A stretch of 34,505 nucleotides of DNA from a virus (lineage: Duplodnaviria; Caudoviricetes). Below the pieces are notes generated by a model. The model was given only the letters and a program-made list of their open reading frames with translations, was not told the origin of the DNA and ran no database searches. Positions 18,231 to 26,360 of this stretch are shown here, in pieces. The stretch lies in the IMG/VR virus record IMGVR_UViG_3300030330_002979, positions 1 through 34,505 of that record; one strand, 5' to 3'. A program made the translations under genes and the position numbers. Each line of letters begins with the position of its first letter. Within the stretch, counting starts at the first letter, position 1.

Positions 18231-18252
18231 TTATTGAGATTCATTCTCATTA
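18231..18252. promoter_or_regulatory. Fur-box-like 7-1-7 palindrome, copy 1
   Basis: TTAT TGAGATT C ATTCTCA TTA. Confidence 0.5.
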
Positions 18253-18437
18253 AGCTAATTAGTAATTATTACTATTTATTTTTTTTGATTTATATTTAAT
18301 TTTTTGGATTCATTCAAAGCTGGTTTTAAATTTGCGTTTTAAGCTCATTTTATTTGTTAGGCTTAGTTAGGTATGCCTGAACCAAAAAAAGCTCTAATTT
18401 GAGCCATTTAGAGCATGTTTTTTTACTAATTATGTAC

Positions 18438-18463
18438 AAAAAAGCCCCTAATTAAAGGGGCTT
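18438..18463 (-). terminator. Intrinsic terminator closing the early gene block
   Basis: GCCCCT-TTAATT-AGGGGC followed by TTTTTT on minus strand. Confidence 0.8.
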
Positions 18464-18486
18464 GATTGACTAACTAAACAAACAAA

Positions 18487-18687
18487 TTATTTATTTATAA
18501 TATATGTATCTCTCTCTTCTATACACGCTTTTTTAAATAGACTTCTAGCTGTTGAAATATCATAATCATAATAAGTCATTTTAAATAAATCTGTATCATA
18601 TATTGTTGCATACATTGTTAAAGAACCATTTTTGTTTACTTCCACGCCTCCATGAAAGTCTATATTTTTATAAATATCTTTTTTCAT
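18487..18687 (-). CDS. Early hypothetical protein
   Basis: GAGGT RBS. Confidence 0.75.
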   Translation of the reverse strand: MKKDIYKNIDFHGGVEVNKNGSLTMYATIYDTDLFKMTYYDYDISTARSLFKKACIEERDTYIINK

Positions 18688-18701
18688 TGTTAACCTCTTT
18701 T

Positions 18702-19304
18702 TTAGTGAAAAATTAAACCTACTTTTTTAGTATCATTAAACCACTTGGTAGCATATAAATCATAATTGGAGGCGTTTTTGTATCCAGCTTTTTTTAAGTC
18801 TTCTAATGATTTAAATATTTTAGTGTGTCTATCTGTTTTTTTATCTATTAAATGTGATTGTTTGCCTGAATCAGAAAAAATAAAATCATAATTTTCAGGG
18901 ATAGACTTTAATTTTTTAATCATATTAACGTTGTTAGTGTATGAATAAAATTTAATATCAGGCATTTTTTCAGCAATCTCAAACCATTTTAAAAGATATT
19001 CTTTAGAGTAGTAATCTCCAGAATCGTGTACCCGTACAAATTCCGCCTTTTTTAATTTAATATCTTTTATCATATCATTAATAAAAGAATCTTTTTTCGT
19101 AGCTTGAAATTTTAATTCAGCCCACTTTTGCGAAAGTTTATAAAAACCTTTTTGAGCGTAGCAAAATTTGACGCATTCACCAGCAAGCGGACAAGTTATT
19201 TCACCGCTTTTACTTTTATATGCTGGAATTGAAAAATTAAATACATTTACATCAAAGTGTTTAGATGTCTTTTTTATTTTTGAGTTTTGTGTTAATAAGT
19301 TCAT
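18702..19304 (-). CDS. GP88-like protein (radical-SAM-like Fe-S protein)
   Basis: NSKIKK, CPLAGECVKFCYA (Cx5Cx3C), RVHDSGD, FYSYT. Confidence 0.75.
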   Translation of the reverse strand: MNLLTQNSKIKKTSKHFDVNVFNFSIPAYKSKSGEITCPLAGECVKFCYAQKGFYKLSQKWAELKFQATKKDSFINDMIKDIKLKKAEFVRVHDSGDYYSKEYLLKWFEIAEKMPDIKFYSYTNNVNMIKKLKSIPENYDFIFSDSGKQSHLIDKKTDRHTKIFKSLEDLKKAGYKNASNYDLYATKWFNDTKKVGLIFH

Positions 19305-19322
19305 TTTGTTTAGTTCCTTTTT

Positions 19323-19652
19323 TTATATTGTTATGTTTAAGTTATCGATTTTTTTCCATTGATACCAAATATTATTTAATATATCTTTATTACCTGTATT
19401 ATGAATTTTATATAATTCAATAATATATAAATTATCATGTTCATGTATCTTATTATTTTTGTATTTGTTTTTTATCTCTTGTAATGCATCTTTTTTATTT
19501 GTTTTATGTGACCCACTAAACCAGCAAGCATTTAAACCTGATGCAATTTTAACCATATATGTAGGCTTTGTTTTAGTGTCCTCAGGATATGGTATTTTAA
19601 AATCATACGTTAAACCGCTGAATTGTTTTCTAATTTTATTAAAATCTACCAT
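19323..19652 (-). CDS. Early hypothetical protein
   Basis: AAGGGG RBS; in operon. Confidence 0.7.
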   Translation of the reverse strand: MVDFNKIRKQFSGLTYDFKIPYPEDTKTKPTYMVKIASGLNACWFSGSHKTNKKDALQEIKNKYKNNKIHEHDNLYIIELYKIHNTGNKDILNNIWYQWKKIDNLNITI

Positions 19653-19654
19653 TT

Positions 19655-19819
19655 TTAAACCCCTTTTTTAAATTGATTAATTAATAGATAAATTACCGCA
19701 CCCCACATTGAAAGCCCTGTAATTAATGTTAATACTTGGAAGATTAAAGCAATCCCAAAAAATGAACCGCCTAAAATCAATCCTGTAATAATTCCTAGAA
19801 ATACGCTTAAATGATTCAT
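19655..19819 (-). CDS. 54-aa two-TM membrane protein
   Basis: Not in ORF track. MNHLSVFLGIITGLILGGSFFGIALIFQVLTLITGLSMWGAVIYLLINQFKKGV*; GAGG RBS; TAATG coupling. Confidence 0.75.
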   Translation of the reverse strand: MNHLSVFLGIITGLILGGSFFGIALIFQVLTLITGLSMWGAVIYLLINQFKKGV

Positions 19820-20157
19820 TATTTAACCTCAAAAAATCTAATGTTATTTAAGGGCTTAATTTCAAATTGTAATATTCCATCATCCCCAGTAATCCAAACA
19901 TTGAAAAAATCATTGTAATTACCTATATCAATTTCGCATTTATTCCATAAATCTAAATCTATTAATTTATCTCTTAAGCCTAAAAATTCAAAATTTTTAA
20001 ACTTGAAAAAATCATCTATTAAGCCTTTGAAAAATTCTTTTAATTTAGATTCTAAAAACCAATCTAAATCTTTATTAAAATCAATTAATGAATTTTCATT
20101 AACCTCAATATCTAAACCGCCTATAGTCTCATTATTTCTAATTATTAAAAACTTCAT
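19819..20157 (-). CDS. Early hypothetical protein
   Basis: AAGGA RBS. Confidence 0.7.
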   Translation of the reverse strand: MKFLIIRNNETIGGLDIEVNENSLIDFNKDLDWFLESKLKEFFKGLIDDFFKFKNFEFLGLRDKLIDLDLWNKCEIDIGNYNDFFNVWITGDDGILQFEIKPLNNIRFFEVK

Positions 20158-20177
20158 ATTATTTATTCCTTTTTTTT

Positions 20178-20200
20178 AAAGCCCCTCAATTAAGAGGGGC
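20178..20200 (-). terminator. Hairpin nearly identical to the 18444 terminator stem, short U tract
   Basis: GCCCCTC-TTAATT-GAGGGGC-TTT. Confidence 0.5.
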
Positions 20201-20211
20201 GTTTGTTAGTT

Positions 20212-20520
20212 TTATTTGTTGTTGTATTTAGTAAAGCTAATTCCTAGCCCTCTCTTACTACCTCTGTATTTTATTTTAGCTGTTTTAGTGGTAAATGTAT
20301 CAAACTCTTTGTTATCTTCTTCTGTAATTATTTTAAAATCATTTTCTTCACTATGGTTTGAAATATCCATATAACAATATCCACTTTCAAGTGCAACAAT
20401 ATTTAATTTCATACCATTTGGTAATTTAATATCTAGATATGAATCTTTTTTTAATTCATATTGAGGTATGCTTTTATGAGTTGTTATACTTTTAATAGTC
20501 TTATTTATTGAGTGATTCAT
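20212..20520 (-). CDS. Early hypothetical protein
   Basis: AAGGA RBS; own promoter upstream. Confidence 0.75.
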   Translation of the reverse strand: MNHSINKTIKSITTHKSIPQYELKKDSYLDIKLPNGMKLNIVALESGYCYMDISNHSEENDFKIITEEDNKEFDTFTTKTAKIKYRGSKRGLGISFTKYNNK

Positions 20521-20554
20521 TTTATTTTCCTTTTGTTTAGTTAATTGTTGTTAA

Positions 20555-20583
20555 ATATTATGAACTATTTTTAATAGTGTCAA
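20555..20583 (-). promoter_or_regulatory. Sigma70-type early promoter
   Basis: TTGACA-17 nt-TAATAT. Confidence 0.75.
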
Positions 20584-20586
20584 GTT

Positions 20587-20997
20587 TTATTTTATTATTT
20601 TATATCCGTTTTGATTGTAGTAATAGTCTTCTATTCCTTTTTCCATATATTCAATACAATTATTTAAATATTCTTTCAATTCTTTTTTTGTATGAAAATT
20701 AAAAGGTTCATTGCTTATATCTAAAAAATTGTAAAATGCAGCTTTTTTTGTTCCGTCTGCATAATTTGTTTCAGGTATCAATGTTTTATAGGTTAAATTT
20801 AAACTATAATTACATTTTACATATCTTCCCTTATACTCTGCTTTTGGTGAGTCGTATGCACTAAAACCCCTAAAATTTTCAATTTTCCATCTTAAAATTT
20901 TTGTTGTTTTTTCCTCTGAATTAATAGGCATAAATTCAACTTTAAATGGCTTTGAATAGCTTAACCATTCATATTTTTTATCTTTAGTAAATTTCAT
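20587..20997 (-). CDS. First early gene, hypothetical
   Basis: AAGGT RBS; own promoter upstream. Confidence 0.75.
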   Translation of the reverse strand: MKFTKDKKYEWLSYSKPFKVEFMPINSEEKTTKILRWKIENFRGFSAYDSPKAEYKGRYVKCNYSLNLTYKTLIPETNYADGTKKAAFYNFLDISNEPFNFHTKKELKEYLNNCIEYMEKGIEDYYYNQNGYKIIK

Positions 20998-21029
20998 ATT
21001 TAAACCTTTTTTTAATTAATTGTTGCTAA

Positions 21030-21058
21030 AGATTACAAGTAATTTATTTAAGTGTCAA
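21030..21058 (-). promoter_or_regulatory. Sigma70-type early promoter
   Basis: TTGACA-17 nt-TAATCT. Confidence 0.75.
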
Positions 21059-21326
21059 GTTTTTTTTTAAATTAGTTCCGCCTGAATCCATAAAAGGTAT
21101 TTTAAAAAACAACATATATATCACAAAGTCAAGTACTATTTTAATTATTTTTAAATTATTTTGGTTTAGTCTCAATAAGAAAATATTTTACATTGCATTT
21201 ATCGAGAGTAAACCGCCTAAATCCAACGAACTCAATACAAGGCATACCTACATACCATTAGTTAACTATCCAAGCATATAGGCTATAATATGAGCGTTAA
21301 AACACTATACCAATTCACTAAGTAAC

Positions 21327-21348
21327 TTATTGAGTCTCAATCTCATTA
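21327..21348. promoter_or_regulatory. Fur-box-like 7-1-7 palindrome, copy 2
   Basis: TTAT TGAGTCT C AATCTCA TTA. Confidence 0.5.
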
Positions 21349-21387
21349 AGGCATAAATATTTTACTTGCATCTTAAATTATTTGGTT

Positions 21388-21416
21388 GTATTACAATAGA
21401 TTTATTTAAATGTCAA
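21388..21416 (-). promoter_or_regulatory. Sigma70-type promoter resembling the 21030 promoter
   Basis: TTGACA TTTAAATAAATCTATTG TAATAC. Confidence 0.5.
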
Positions 21417-21505
21417 GAACTTTATTTGTTAATTAAAAAACTTTGTTTGTATACGCCCGCCCCTAGCATAAAGTCAAGCAAAAAAGTAATTTATTTTTAT
21501 TTTAC

Positions 21506-21534
21506 TTGACTCTTTTAAATAGTCTTCGTAAGTT
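21506..21534 (+). promoter_or_regulatory. Rightward sigma70-type promoter
   Basis: TTGACT-17 nt-TAAGTT. Confidence 0.55.
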
Positions 21535-21548
21535 CCAGCACCCGAGCC

Positions 21549-21570
21549 TTATTGAGACTGAGTCTCATTA
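21549..21570. promoter_or_regulatory. Fur-box-like 7-1-7 palindrome, copy 3 (perfect)
   Basis: TTAT TGAGACT G AGTCTCA TTA, about 15 nt downstream of the rightward -10. Confidence 0.55.
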
Positions 21571-21675
21571 TCACCCCATAGGGCGTATGAGCGTTTTGAG
21601 CGGTTTGTTAATCACCTTTCCTCATCAAAATGCCAAATGAATGTTCCGAAAAAGATTTGAAAAGAAAGTCTTTTA

Positions 21676-21701
21676 TTGCCCCACTAAAGTCTATTAAATT
21701 A
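21676..21701 (+). promoter_or_regulatory. Candidate late promoter
   Basis: TTGCC CCACTAAAGTCTAT TAAATTA; CCACTAA-N7-TAAATTA identical in layout to 655-675. Confidence 0.5.
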
Positions 21702-21725
21702 ACTAGAAAGTTTTGGAGATAGTTT

Positions 21726-22346
21726 ATGAGTGTTAATTTGCCTACCCATTGGAAACCTTCTAAGGTTAGGGCTATAGAATTACTAGTAAATGAGCCTAAT
21801 GCTCGTATTAAAGATGTTGCAGAGGAATCAGGTGTTTCTTCTGTTACTATACATAAATGGTTAAAAGACCCTGAGTTTGTAGAAGTATTTTATCAGAAGT
21901 ATATGATATCATTTGGTTCTAGGTTACCCTCTGTATTGAATAGTATGATTCGTGAGGCGGAGGCAGGCAATGTTCAGGCTGGCAGGCTGGTTTTGGAGCA
22001 TTCAGGCAAGCTAATTAAGCGTGTGGAGGTAGCCAATCACCAGAGTCCATTTGAAAAGTTCCTTAATGCTGAAGTTACTGGCGAGGTAGAAATAGAGCCT
22101 GATGAAGCTGAGTATGTGGATATTGAACCACAGATAGAAGTTTTGCCCAGAAAACCACAACCAGTTATAGATTCTATAAAAGTTAAACATCAATCAAAAC
22201 AAGATAAGCGTAAAGTTGCTAAAGAATGGCGTGAAAGAGCCAAAGCTGTGGGTATTCCCATACTTCCTAGAGGCAGAAAGACTCCTGCTCAGAAAAAAGA
22301 GTGGCAAAAACTGGTAATTGAGAAAGAAAAACAACTTTTAAACTAA
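21726..22346 (+). CDS. Putative terminase small subunit (phBC6A51-like HTH)
   Basis: KDVAEESGVSSVTIHKWLKDPEF HTH followed by REAEAGNVQAGRLVLE oligomerisation-like helix; GGAG RBS. Confidence 0.6.
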   Translation: MSVNLPTHWKPSKVRAIELLVNEPNARIKDVAEESGVSSVTIHKWLKDPEFVEVFYQKYMISFGSRLPSVLNSMIREAEAGNVQAGRLVLEHSGKLIKRVEVANHQSPFEKFLNAEVTGEVEIEPDEAEYVDIEPQIEVLPRKPQPVIDSIKVKHQSKQDKRKVAKEWRERAKAVGIPILPRGRKTPAQKKEWQKLVIEKEKQLLN

Positions 22347-22487
22347 ATCTTGTTGTTTTATTACTCGTTGCGTATTGTAAGAATTACATTCTGGACATTG
22401 GTCTTCTGTTTCAAACTTAGAACTAAGTGTTTGCCAAGACCAACCGCAGGTTTTACAAAACCAAAGTGCTATATTATAGCCTTTCAT
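22338..22487 (-). CDS. 49-aa zinc-ribbon protein
   Basis: Not in ORF track. WFCKTCGWSW...QCPECNS; TAATG coupling with upstream gene. Confidence 0.75.
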   Translation of the reverse strand: MKGYNIALWFCKTCGWSWQTLSSKFETEDQCPECNSYNTQRVIKQQDLV

Positions 22488-22723
22488 TAATTTTTTTCCC
22501 AATTAGTCATTTCTGCTGAAGCTCTTGCAAGCTCTTCCATTAATTCTTCATTGGTTGGGATTCTAACACCCTCTGTTATTTTGTTAGATGCTTGTATAAG
22601 TGATGCCAATAGTTGATTATTAGCTAATTCTATCTCTGATAAATCAGTTAATCGTCTATCTAAGTCTCTTATTAGTCCTTCAAGTGTCATTAAGTAACCT
22701 AAAAGGTCTTCTATCTGTTCCAT
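22487..22723 (-). CDS. Hypothetical coiled-coil protein
   Basis: Acidic heptad pattern; AAGGA RBS. Confidence 0.7.
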   Translation of the reverse strand: MEQIEDLLGYLMTLEGLIRDLDRRLTDLSEIELANNQLLASLIQASNKITEGVRIPTNEELMEELARASAEMTNWEKN

Positions 22724-22763
22724 ACTAACTTTCCTTATATTCGTTAGTATAAACTAGTTAGAA

Positions 22764-23183
22764 TTATGTTTGTAATACAAACTTTCTTTTTACAGAGAGT
22801 GCTTCTTTTGTCTTTTTTCTAAAATCTGCGTTGATTTTATTGCGAGTTTTATCATCAGTTGCTATAAATGGTCTAGCTTGAGTGGTGGGTACTGCTCCAT
22901 CATTATGCCATTTACCATATTGCAGGATTTCCATTGTATTTTGATTAGCTTTTATGCTATTATACATTTTACCACTAGCTTTTAGCGGTGGAGTTTCTGG
23001 GTATCCTTTACTTCTTCTCCACGCTTTCGTACTTCTTTTGATTTCAGGTAAGCCTTTATCAATGTTCTGTTTAGAACCCATCTCTGTTCCTTGAGCGTAT
23101 TCATTTAAGTACTCCTTAATAATTTTGGGCATTGCTTTGCCCATTTTACCAAAACTATAATTAACCTCTATCCTGAGTTTCAT
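22764..23183 (-). CDS. Virion morphogenesis/neck protein (Mu gpG, P2 gpS-like)
   Basis: PLKASGKMYNSI, YGKWHNDG, ARPFI motifs; start moved to MKLRIE after AGGAG (track start 23246). Confidence 0.65.
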   Translation of the reverse strand: MKLRIEVNYSFGKMGKAMPKIIKEYLNEYAQGTEMGSKQNIDKGLPEIKRSTKAWRRSKGYPETPPLKASGKMYNSIKANQNTMEILQYGKWHNDGAVPTTQARPFIATDDKTRNKINADFRKKTKEALSVKRKFVLQT

Positions 23184-24441
23184 CTGGAGTCTCCTGTATT
23201 CCATTAACTGATTTGTTATCATCAATGATTGATTGTGCTTGTTCAATCGTGAGGTCTTTATTATCTCTAATCATTATTTTTGCATGAGTAGTTAAATTAT
23301 TTTGCAGGTCGAATTGGTCTTTCATTATTTGGTCTTGTATTGTCTTTGGATACTCAATTTCTTGGAAATCAACACCAAACTGCTCTGGAAGTGATATTCC
23401 ATTGTATTCTGCAATAACACGCTCTACAGCATACCATTCTTTTTCATACATTCTCCAAAGTGCAATATCATCAAAGTAGTCTTCTTTTCTATCCATATCC
23501 TTAATCATTAAAGAAATACCACTAGGCACTTCTCCACCTGATTCTGCCCATGTAATCCATAAATGATTATTTAGTGCAACAAGCTCCATTTGAAATTTGA
23601 TATTTTGAATAGCATCCATTACATTGCCTTGTGGACTTGTAATGTTGTATGCACCATCTTCACCCATATCAAGTATAGTATCAGAACCAGTCCTAACAAG
23701 GCTTTGGTCTGCATTTAATCCTGTTACCCATGGCTGACCAAACATATTAAATCTCATACCAAGATTCATCTCAGTAAGTGCAATATTAACCTGTTCATTA
23801 CAGTTTATAATATCAGATGCACCCTCTACAAAAAAAGAGTCAATCTGGTCTTCTCTATGTGTAAATACAAAAGGAATAATACCATAAGGGTTTTCTTCTT
23901 TCATTAGAATCTTACCCTCTTCATTCATAATAGCATATATTTCAGAATCCCAGTATTCCCATTGTAGGTTTTCTGTATCTGATAGGTCGTATGAGTTATT
24001 TAGTAAAGGATATATGATAGATTCAGGTTTGAATGGGTTTTCACCAAAATATGATTCAAAATAATACAATGGTCTGTAATCAAACGCACCATCTACCCAA
24101 AATACACGATTTGCAATCGTACCCAGTAATCTAGTCATTCTTTCAGAATGTTTCATGCGAACATCTTTTGTAGCAGTTAATGTTTGATATCTTTCATCAT
24201 CTACATTTCTTTTTGCACCTAATGTGTATATCCTACTAATCTTATTTATGAATTTTCTAGTAAAATTACTAACTGTAGGTGGAATTTCAGAAAAAGCATC
24301 CGCATTAAAGTAGTGCGATATGTAATCTTCTGTAGATGTACCTGAATAATAGTCTAAATACTTTCGTATCTCTTTCCTTCTGGAATGAGCCATCATTAGC
24401 TTTGTTTCTAGTAACTTTTCTTTTAATACTTTGTCTATCAT
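23161..24441 (-). CDS. Portal protein (SPP1 gp6-like)
   Basis: YLDYYSG, ENPYGIIPFV, DIINCNEQVN, SGISL motifs; follows TerL. Confidence 0.88.
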   Translation of the reverse strand: MIDKVLKEKLLETKLMMAHSRRKEIRKYLDYYSGTSTEDYISHYFNADAFSEIPPTVSNFTRKFINKISRIYTLGAKRNVDDERYQTLTATKDVRMKHSERMTRLLGTIANRVFWVDGAFDYRPLYYFESYFGENPFKPESIIYPLLNNSYDLSDTENLQWEYWDSEIYAIMNEEGKILMKEENPYGIIPFVFTHREDQIDSFFVEGASDIINCNEQVNIALTEMNLGMRFNMFGQPWVTGLNADQSLVRTGSDTILDMGEDGAYNITSPQGNVMDAIQNIKFQMELVALNNHLWITWAESGGEVPSGISLMIKDMDRKEDYFDDIALWRMYEKEWYAVERVIAEYNGISLPEQFGVDFQEIEYPKTIQDQIMKDQFDLQNNLTTHAKIMIRDNKDLTIEQAQSIIDDNKSVNGIQETPDETQDRG

Positions 24442-25751
24442 CGCTGTATCCTTTTCATTTCTCTGTTTTTAATTGGAAATCGATTAATAATGAAATATCT
24501 AAACGCATCATTTCCATGGTCGTGATATCCATCCTTGATTGGTTCTTCTTTTATTGGTTTGCCATCCTCAGATTCTGGATATCTATATTCCTCAAAATCC
24601 TCTATGACCTCTTTACAATTTCTGTGTACATGAACTCTTCTAGTTCCATCTGCACTTTCAAAAAATCCTCTGGTATATGAAACACTATTAACAATGTTTC
24701 TACTCATTCTATCCCTTGTGTATAGGACTCGTATTCCGCTCTTTCTAAATATCTCCATATCTCCAGCACCTGTTTGTCCTTGAACATTTGCCCCAGCAGG
24801 GTCACCATAGTAAGATAGAATAGGATATCCTTTGACTTTAATCATTTTAATTAAGTCTTCTGTTTTAATATTCTGCTTATGCAAAATGCAGTCAAATATC
24901 CTAATATGTTCATCTCTACCATCATATTTAGTTTGTATAAATAAAACAGCAGGCATCCTATATCCAAAGTCTATTGTGCAGTATGTAGGTAAGTTAGGGT
25001 CGTATGGATAGTCACCAATATCTAATTCCCTATTAAAATCCCAAACTTTACCCTGAAATACAGAAAACTCTGCACCAAACTCTTGTCCAAACAACTCTCT
25101 GGACATATTTCTTTTACGCTCAAGTATAGCTGGGTCATTAATTCCCAGGGGAAACTCATGTTGATTTTTCCAAGATGGAGAGGAATAACTATTCCACTCA
25201 CTATCTGATTGTCCTAATTTATACAAATCATATATCCAGTTTCTACCCTCTGGTGTCGTAATAAAGATTACTTTACCTTTTCGACCAGCTACAGTTGGAG
25301 AAAGATACATATCCCATATCTTTTTATTCATCTTGGCAACCTCATCAATTACGAGTAGGTCAAGTCCTTCCCCCACCAATGAATCCGCATTGTCTGCTGA
25401 CATTCCTTCAACAGTAGTTCCCCACTTAAAACGAATGTACATATCTTTTTCAGATGCCTTATCAACATCTTCCCCATGCCCTATAACCATTCTTTGCCAA
25501 ATCTCACGAAATATAAGTCTAGCTTTTTTATAAGACATTCCAACAACCCATATTCGTTTATTAGGTTGTGATGCTACATAAGTAGCTTCCATTGCACTAG
25601 CCCAAGTCTTACCAAATCGTCTTCCACATACAATTACATGGAATCTGGCATCCTTCTTTTCAGGATAGTGTAATGCTAATTGTCCATCATGTGGTTTATA
25701 ATTAAGATATTCAAACCACTTTTTCTTAAATTCGTAATTTTTTTCTTGCAT
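24438..25751 (-). CDS. terL: Terminase large subunit
   Basis: PHDGQ, GRRFGKT Walker A, LLVIDE Walker B, ITTPEG, nuclease IDFG, GDPAG, DHGNDAFRY. Confidence 0.96.
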   Translation of the reverse strand: MQEKNYEFKKKWFEYLNYKPHDGQLALHYPEKKDARFHVIVCGRRFGKTWASAMEATYVASQPNKRIWVVGMSYKKARLIFREIWQRMVIGHGEDVDKASEKDMYIRFKWGTTVEGMSADNADSLVGEGLDLLVIDEVAKMNKKIWDMYLSPTVAGRKGKVIFITTPEGRNWIYDLYKLGQSDSEWNSYSSPSWKNQHEFPLGINDPAILERKRNMSRELFGQEFGAEFSVFQGKVWDFNRELDIGDYPYDPNLPTYCTIDFGYRMPAVLFIQTKYDGRDEHIRIFDCILHKQNIKTEDLIKMIKVKGYPILSYYGDPAGANVQGQTGAGDMEIFRKSGIRVLYTRDRMSRNIVNSVSYTRGFFESADGTRRVHVHRNCKEVIEDFEEYRYPESEDGKPIKEEPIKDGYHDHGNDAFRYFIINRFPIKNREMKRIQR

Positions 25752-25762
25752 TAGAATAGTGT

Positions 25763-25814
25763 TTTAAGTTAGTTTATCATGTATATCTTATGCAAGGAAA
25801 TTTTGCATAAATTA
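25763..25814. promoter_or_regulatory. Divergent candidate late promoters over a TTATGCAA-N7-TTGCATAA palindrome
   Basis: Minus: TTGCA-N14-TAAACTA toward terL; plus: ATGCA-N13-TAAATTA toward scaffold; palindrome 25788-25810. Confidence 0.5.
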
Positions 25815-25836
25815 ACCACTCACTTAAGAGGTAAAA

Positions 25837-26343
25837 ATGTCAGAAGAAAAAGTCATCGAGCCAGATGTAAAACAGGAAAACGACACACAAGTCGAAAACA
25901 ATGTAAAAGATAACATTCCTCGTTCAAGATTAAATGAGGTTATTTCTCAGAAAAAAGAACTTGAACAACAAATAGCTGATATGAAATCAGTTATTGAGGA
26001 AAGAGAAAGGGCAGACCTTGAAGAGCAAGGTAAGTTATCTGAATTAAATTCAGTTCTTTCTAAGGAAAATGAAGAGCTTAAAATTGTTAGAGAACAATTT
26101 GAAAAACAAGACGCTAAACTTAGAAATGATGCTTTATCAAGACTGCCAGAAGATAAACGAGAAAAATTCTCCAAATTGCCAACAGATTCTCTTGTAGATG
26201 TTGTTGAGGAATTATCGTCAGTTAAAAATAACCCCAAAGATACTGTTGGAGTTGTTTCTAGGAAAGACATTGATTTCAAAAAACTATCAAAAGAGGAAAG
26301 GCGAGATAATTGGAGTTCTATTCTCAGTAATTTTAAACGATAA
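25837..26343 (+). CDS. Capsid scaffolding protein
   Basis: Acidic coiled coil, IPRSRLNEV motif, directly upstream of major capsid. Confidence 0.8.
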   Translation: MSEEKVIEPDVKQENDTQVENNVKDNIPRSRLNEVISQKKELEQQIADMKSVIEERERADLEEQGKLSELNSVLSKENEELKIVREQFEKQDAKLRNDALSRLPEDKREKFSKLPTDSLVDVVEELSSVKNNPKDTVGVVSRKDIDFKKLSKEERRDNWSSILSNFKR

Positions 26344-26360
26344 TTTGAGGAGAAAATCTA

